A DNA stretch of 14,493 bases, taken from NCBI GenBank assembly GCA_037446775.1, contig JBBIIA010000110.1, forward strand, positions 1 to 14,493. Direction: 5' to 3'. Positions 12,926-14,493 of this stretch are shown here, one piece after another. Made by a program: the position numbers and the translations under genes. Each line of letters opens with the position of its first letter. The first letter of the stretch is position 1. The notes under the pieces were generated by a model, which saw nothing but the letters and a program-made list of their open reading frames with translations, was not told where the DNA came from and searched no databases. The stretch is from Deltaproteobacteria bacterium. GTDB taxonomy: Bacteria > Desulfobacterota > Deferrisomatia > Deferrisomatales > JACRMM01.

Positions 12926-13246
12926 TCAATCCTCGCGGATGAAGAGGTAGTAGATGGCGAAGGCCGCCACGGCCACGCCGCCGCCGGCAAAGGCGAGGAG
13001 GTTGCCGCTGGGCCCGGTCTGGCTCCCCTCCAGCGTGTGGCGCGCCAACAGCGAGATGGCCAGGGCGCCGGCGATGGCGACGAACAGCAGGCGCCACTTG
13101 CACACCACCGTCAGCACCAGCAGGGCGAGCAGGGCAGCCATGCCGTAGGGGTGGGTGGCGAGGGCGATCAAGCGGTCGTTGGTGACGTGGGAGAGGAGGG
13201 CGTCCCAGTTCACCCGGGCGAAGAGGTTGGCGATGCTGTCCCACAT
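12926..13246 (-). CDS. Small membrane protein with 3 predicted TM helices (106 aa), function unknown. First gene of the minus-strand array.
   Basis: MWDSIANLFARVNWDALL...MAALLALLVLTVVCKW...LLFVAIAGALAISLLA...LLAFAGGGVAVAAFAIYYLFI. ATG 13246 with GGAGGA 5 nt upstream. The track ORF extends to 13333 through an in-frame non-hydrophobic leader. Confidence 0.5.
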   Translation of the reverse strand: MWDSIANLFARVNWDALLSHVTNDRLIALATHPYGMAALLALLVLTVVCKWRLLFVAIAGALAISLLARHTLEGSQTGPSGNLLAFAGGGVAVAAFAIYYLFIRED

Positions 13247-13398
13247 GGGAATCCTCCGCGAGGAAGCCACCGACGGCGGCGTTACGGTAGCAGACCGGGC
13301 GGGCTCCGGGCCAGGGAAACCCCCGGCCTTCACGGCGCGGTTGACCGCCGGGCCGAAATGGGCGACAAGGGGCGGGGATCCGCCACCCGGGAGGCGCC

Positions 13399-14139
13399 GT
13401 GACGACCTATCTCTTACTGTTTGCCGTGGGCCTAGTCGCTGGCACCGTGAACGTGCTGGCCGGGGGCGGTTCGTTTCTCACCCTGCCGCTCCTGATCTTT
13501 TTGGGCCTCCCGCCGGGGATCGCCAACGCCACCAACCGGGTCGGCGTGCTCCTGCAAAACGTCGGGGCGATCTGGGGATTCCACCGCCACGGGGTCTTGG
13601 ACTGGCGCAGCATCGGCTGGGCAGCCCTGCCCGCCACCGCCGGGTCCGTGGTCGGGACCTGGCTGGCGATCCGGGTCGGGGACGAGGCGTTTCAGCAGGT
13701 GCTGGCGTACCTGATGATCGCCGTGACCCTGTGGACCCTGTGGGACCCCTTCCAGGGCCGCGCCCCCGGCGAGCTCGGGGCTCGCCCCCGGGTTTGGGTC
13801 CTGGGGGCCGGCTTTTTCGCCGTGGGCATCTACGGCGGGTTCGTCCAGGCCGGGGTCGGCTTCTTCATCCTGGCGGCGACGACGCTAGCGGGGCTCGACC
13901 TGGTGCGGGGCAACGCCGTCAAGGTGTTGAGCGTCTTCGCCCTAACCGCAGTGTCCCTCGGGATCTTCGCCTGGCAGGGGATGGTGGACTGGCGCCTCGG
14001 CCTCGCCCTCGGGGTCGGCAACGCGGCCGGGGGCTTCGTGGGGGTGCGGCTGGCGGTGAAGAAGGGCCACGGCTGGCTCAAGGGGGTGGTGACCGGCTGC
14101 GTCATCCTCTTCGCCCTCAAGCTCCTCCTCGAGGGCTGA
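13399..14139 (+). CDS. TauE/SafE (DUF81) family sulfite/anion exporter (246 aa, two internal repeats of 4 TM helices).
   Basis: MTTYLLLFAVGLVAGTVNVLAGGGSFLTLPLLIFLGLPPGIANATNRVGVLLQNV ... second half GFFAVGIYGGFVQAGVGFFILAATTLAGLDLVRGNAVKV. This is the typical TauE/SafE duplicated architecture. GTG start 13399. Confidence 0.85.
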   Translation: MTTYLLLFAVGLVAGTVNVLAGGGSFLTLPLLIFLGLPPGIANATNRVGVLLQNVGAIWGFHRHGVLDWRSIGWAALPATAGSVVGTWLAIRVGDEAFQQVLAYLMIAVTLWTLWDPFQGRAPGELGARPRVWVLGAGFFAVGIYGGFVQAGVGFFILAATTLAGLDLVRGNAVKVLSVFALTAVSLGIFAWQGMVDWRLGLALGVGNAAGGFVGVRLAVKKGHGWLKGVVTGCVILFALKLLLEG

Positions 14140-14155
14140 CGCCCCAGACGGCAAG

Positions 14156-14182
14156 AAGGCCGGGGGGATGCCCCGGCCTTCG
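14156..14182. terminator. Bidirectional intrinsic terminator hairpin between the convergent tauE-like and rpmB genes. 11-bp perfect GC-rich stem GAAGGCCGGGG / CCCCGGCCTTC with a 5-nt loop GGATG.
   Basis: Seen directly. T-rich runs (ttc..., ttcttgcc on the other strand) are short, as is usual in high-GC genomes. Confidence 0.6.
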
Positions 14183-14203
14183 CGCCTGCCCGAGAAGGGG
14201 CGC

Positions 14204-14395
14204 TCAAGCCGCCTTGGTGATCTTGCCGGACCGCAGGCAGCGGGTGCACACCTTCACCCGCCTGGTGCCGCCCACCACCGCCGCGCGGACGGTCTGGAGG
14301 TTCGCGTACAGCACCCGCTTGGTCTTGTTGTTGGCGTGGCTCACGTGGTTGCCGCTGCCGGAGCCTTTGCCGCAGAGTTCACACTTCCTAGCCAT
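14204..14395 (-). CDS. rpmB: 50S ribosomal protein L28.
   Basis: [34 protein letters not shown]... matches the L28 pattern ([34 protein letters not shown] in E. coli). ATG 14395 with GGAGGAG upstream. Confidence 0.9.
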   Translation of the reverse strand: MARKCELCGKGSGSGNHVSHANNKTKRVLYANLQTVRAAVVGGTRRVKVCTRCLRSGKITKAA

Positions 14396-14493
14396 GGGAC
14401 TCTCCTCCCTCGGTTTTCGCCACGAAAGCGAACGTGTACCACGACCGCGGGCAGGGGCTCAAGGGGGAAAGTGGGTTGCCGCAGGGCAATCGC

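Noticed and set aside
12922-12990. TTG 12990 start for the HgdB-like gene.
   Set aside because: It would overlap the upstream membrane-protein gene by 65 nt. TTG 12921 has a GAGGA SD and starts 3 residues before the conserved GITTT motif. Still uncertain.

Overview
This is a high-GC window (roughly 70% GC by eye) from a bacterial chromosome. I read 13 protein-coding genes and no rRNA, tRNA or CRISPR.

Gene content, left to right:
- 1..871 (-): an Rpn/YhgA-like PD-(D/E)XK recombination-promoting nuclease. Its frame runs off the 5' edge of the window and is missing from the ORF track. Its C-terminal part carries a 12-bp tandem repeat encoding (QEGR)n.
- 1089..3374 (+): tex, divergent from the Rpn gene.
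- 3377..13246 (-): nine consecutive minus-strand genes. In transcription order they are a small 3-TM membrane protein, an HgdB-like 2-hydroxyacyl-CoA-dehydratase family protein, TtcA, cardiolipin synthase, an SPFH/SHOCT membrane scaffold protein, a triple zinc-ribbon protein, a Pat-type protein acetyltransferase, a probable PPi-dependent phosphofructokinase and a rubrerythrin-family protein.
- 13399..14139 (+): a TauE/SafE exporter.
- 14204..14395 (-): rpmB (L28).

Many starts are GTG or TTG, and I re-called several track ORFs at shorter, better-supported starts.

Most interesting observations:
1. The Rpn gene has a strong internal AGGAGG plus in-frame ATG exactly at the start of its DUF4351-like C-terminal domain. 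This fits the intragenic RpnS antitoxin architecture, and the perfect 12-bp repeats lie inside that nested ORF.
2. A tightly packed SPFH/SHOCT - zinc-ribbon - Pat acetyltransferase module sits directly downstream of cardiolipin synthase.
3. A conserved element of about 55 bp occurs twice in the same orientation, each time about 70-130 nt upstream of a minus-strand gene start (pfk and cls). The second copy is embedded in a larger imperfect inverted repeat of ACAGGAT/ATCCTGT units.
4. An HgdB-like radical-enzyme subunit is translationally coupled (GTGA overlap) to the Fe-S tRNA thiolase TtcA, with no activase ATPase nearby.

The long antisense ORFs in the track (up to 976 aa) are high-GC artefacts.
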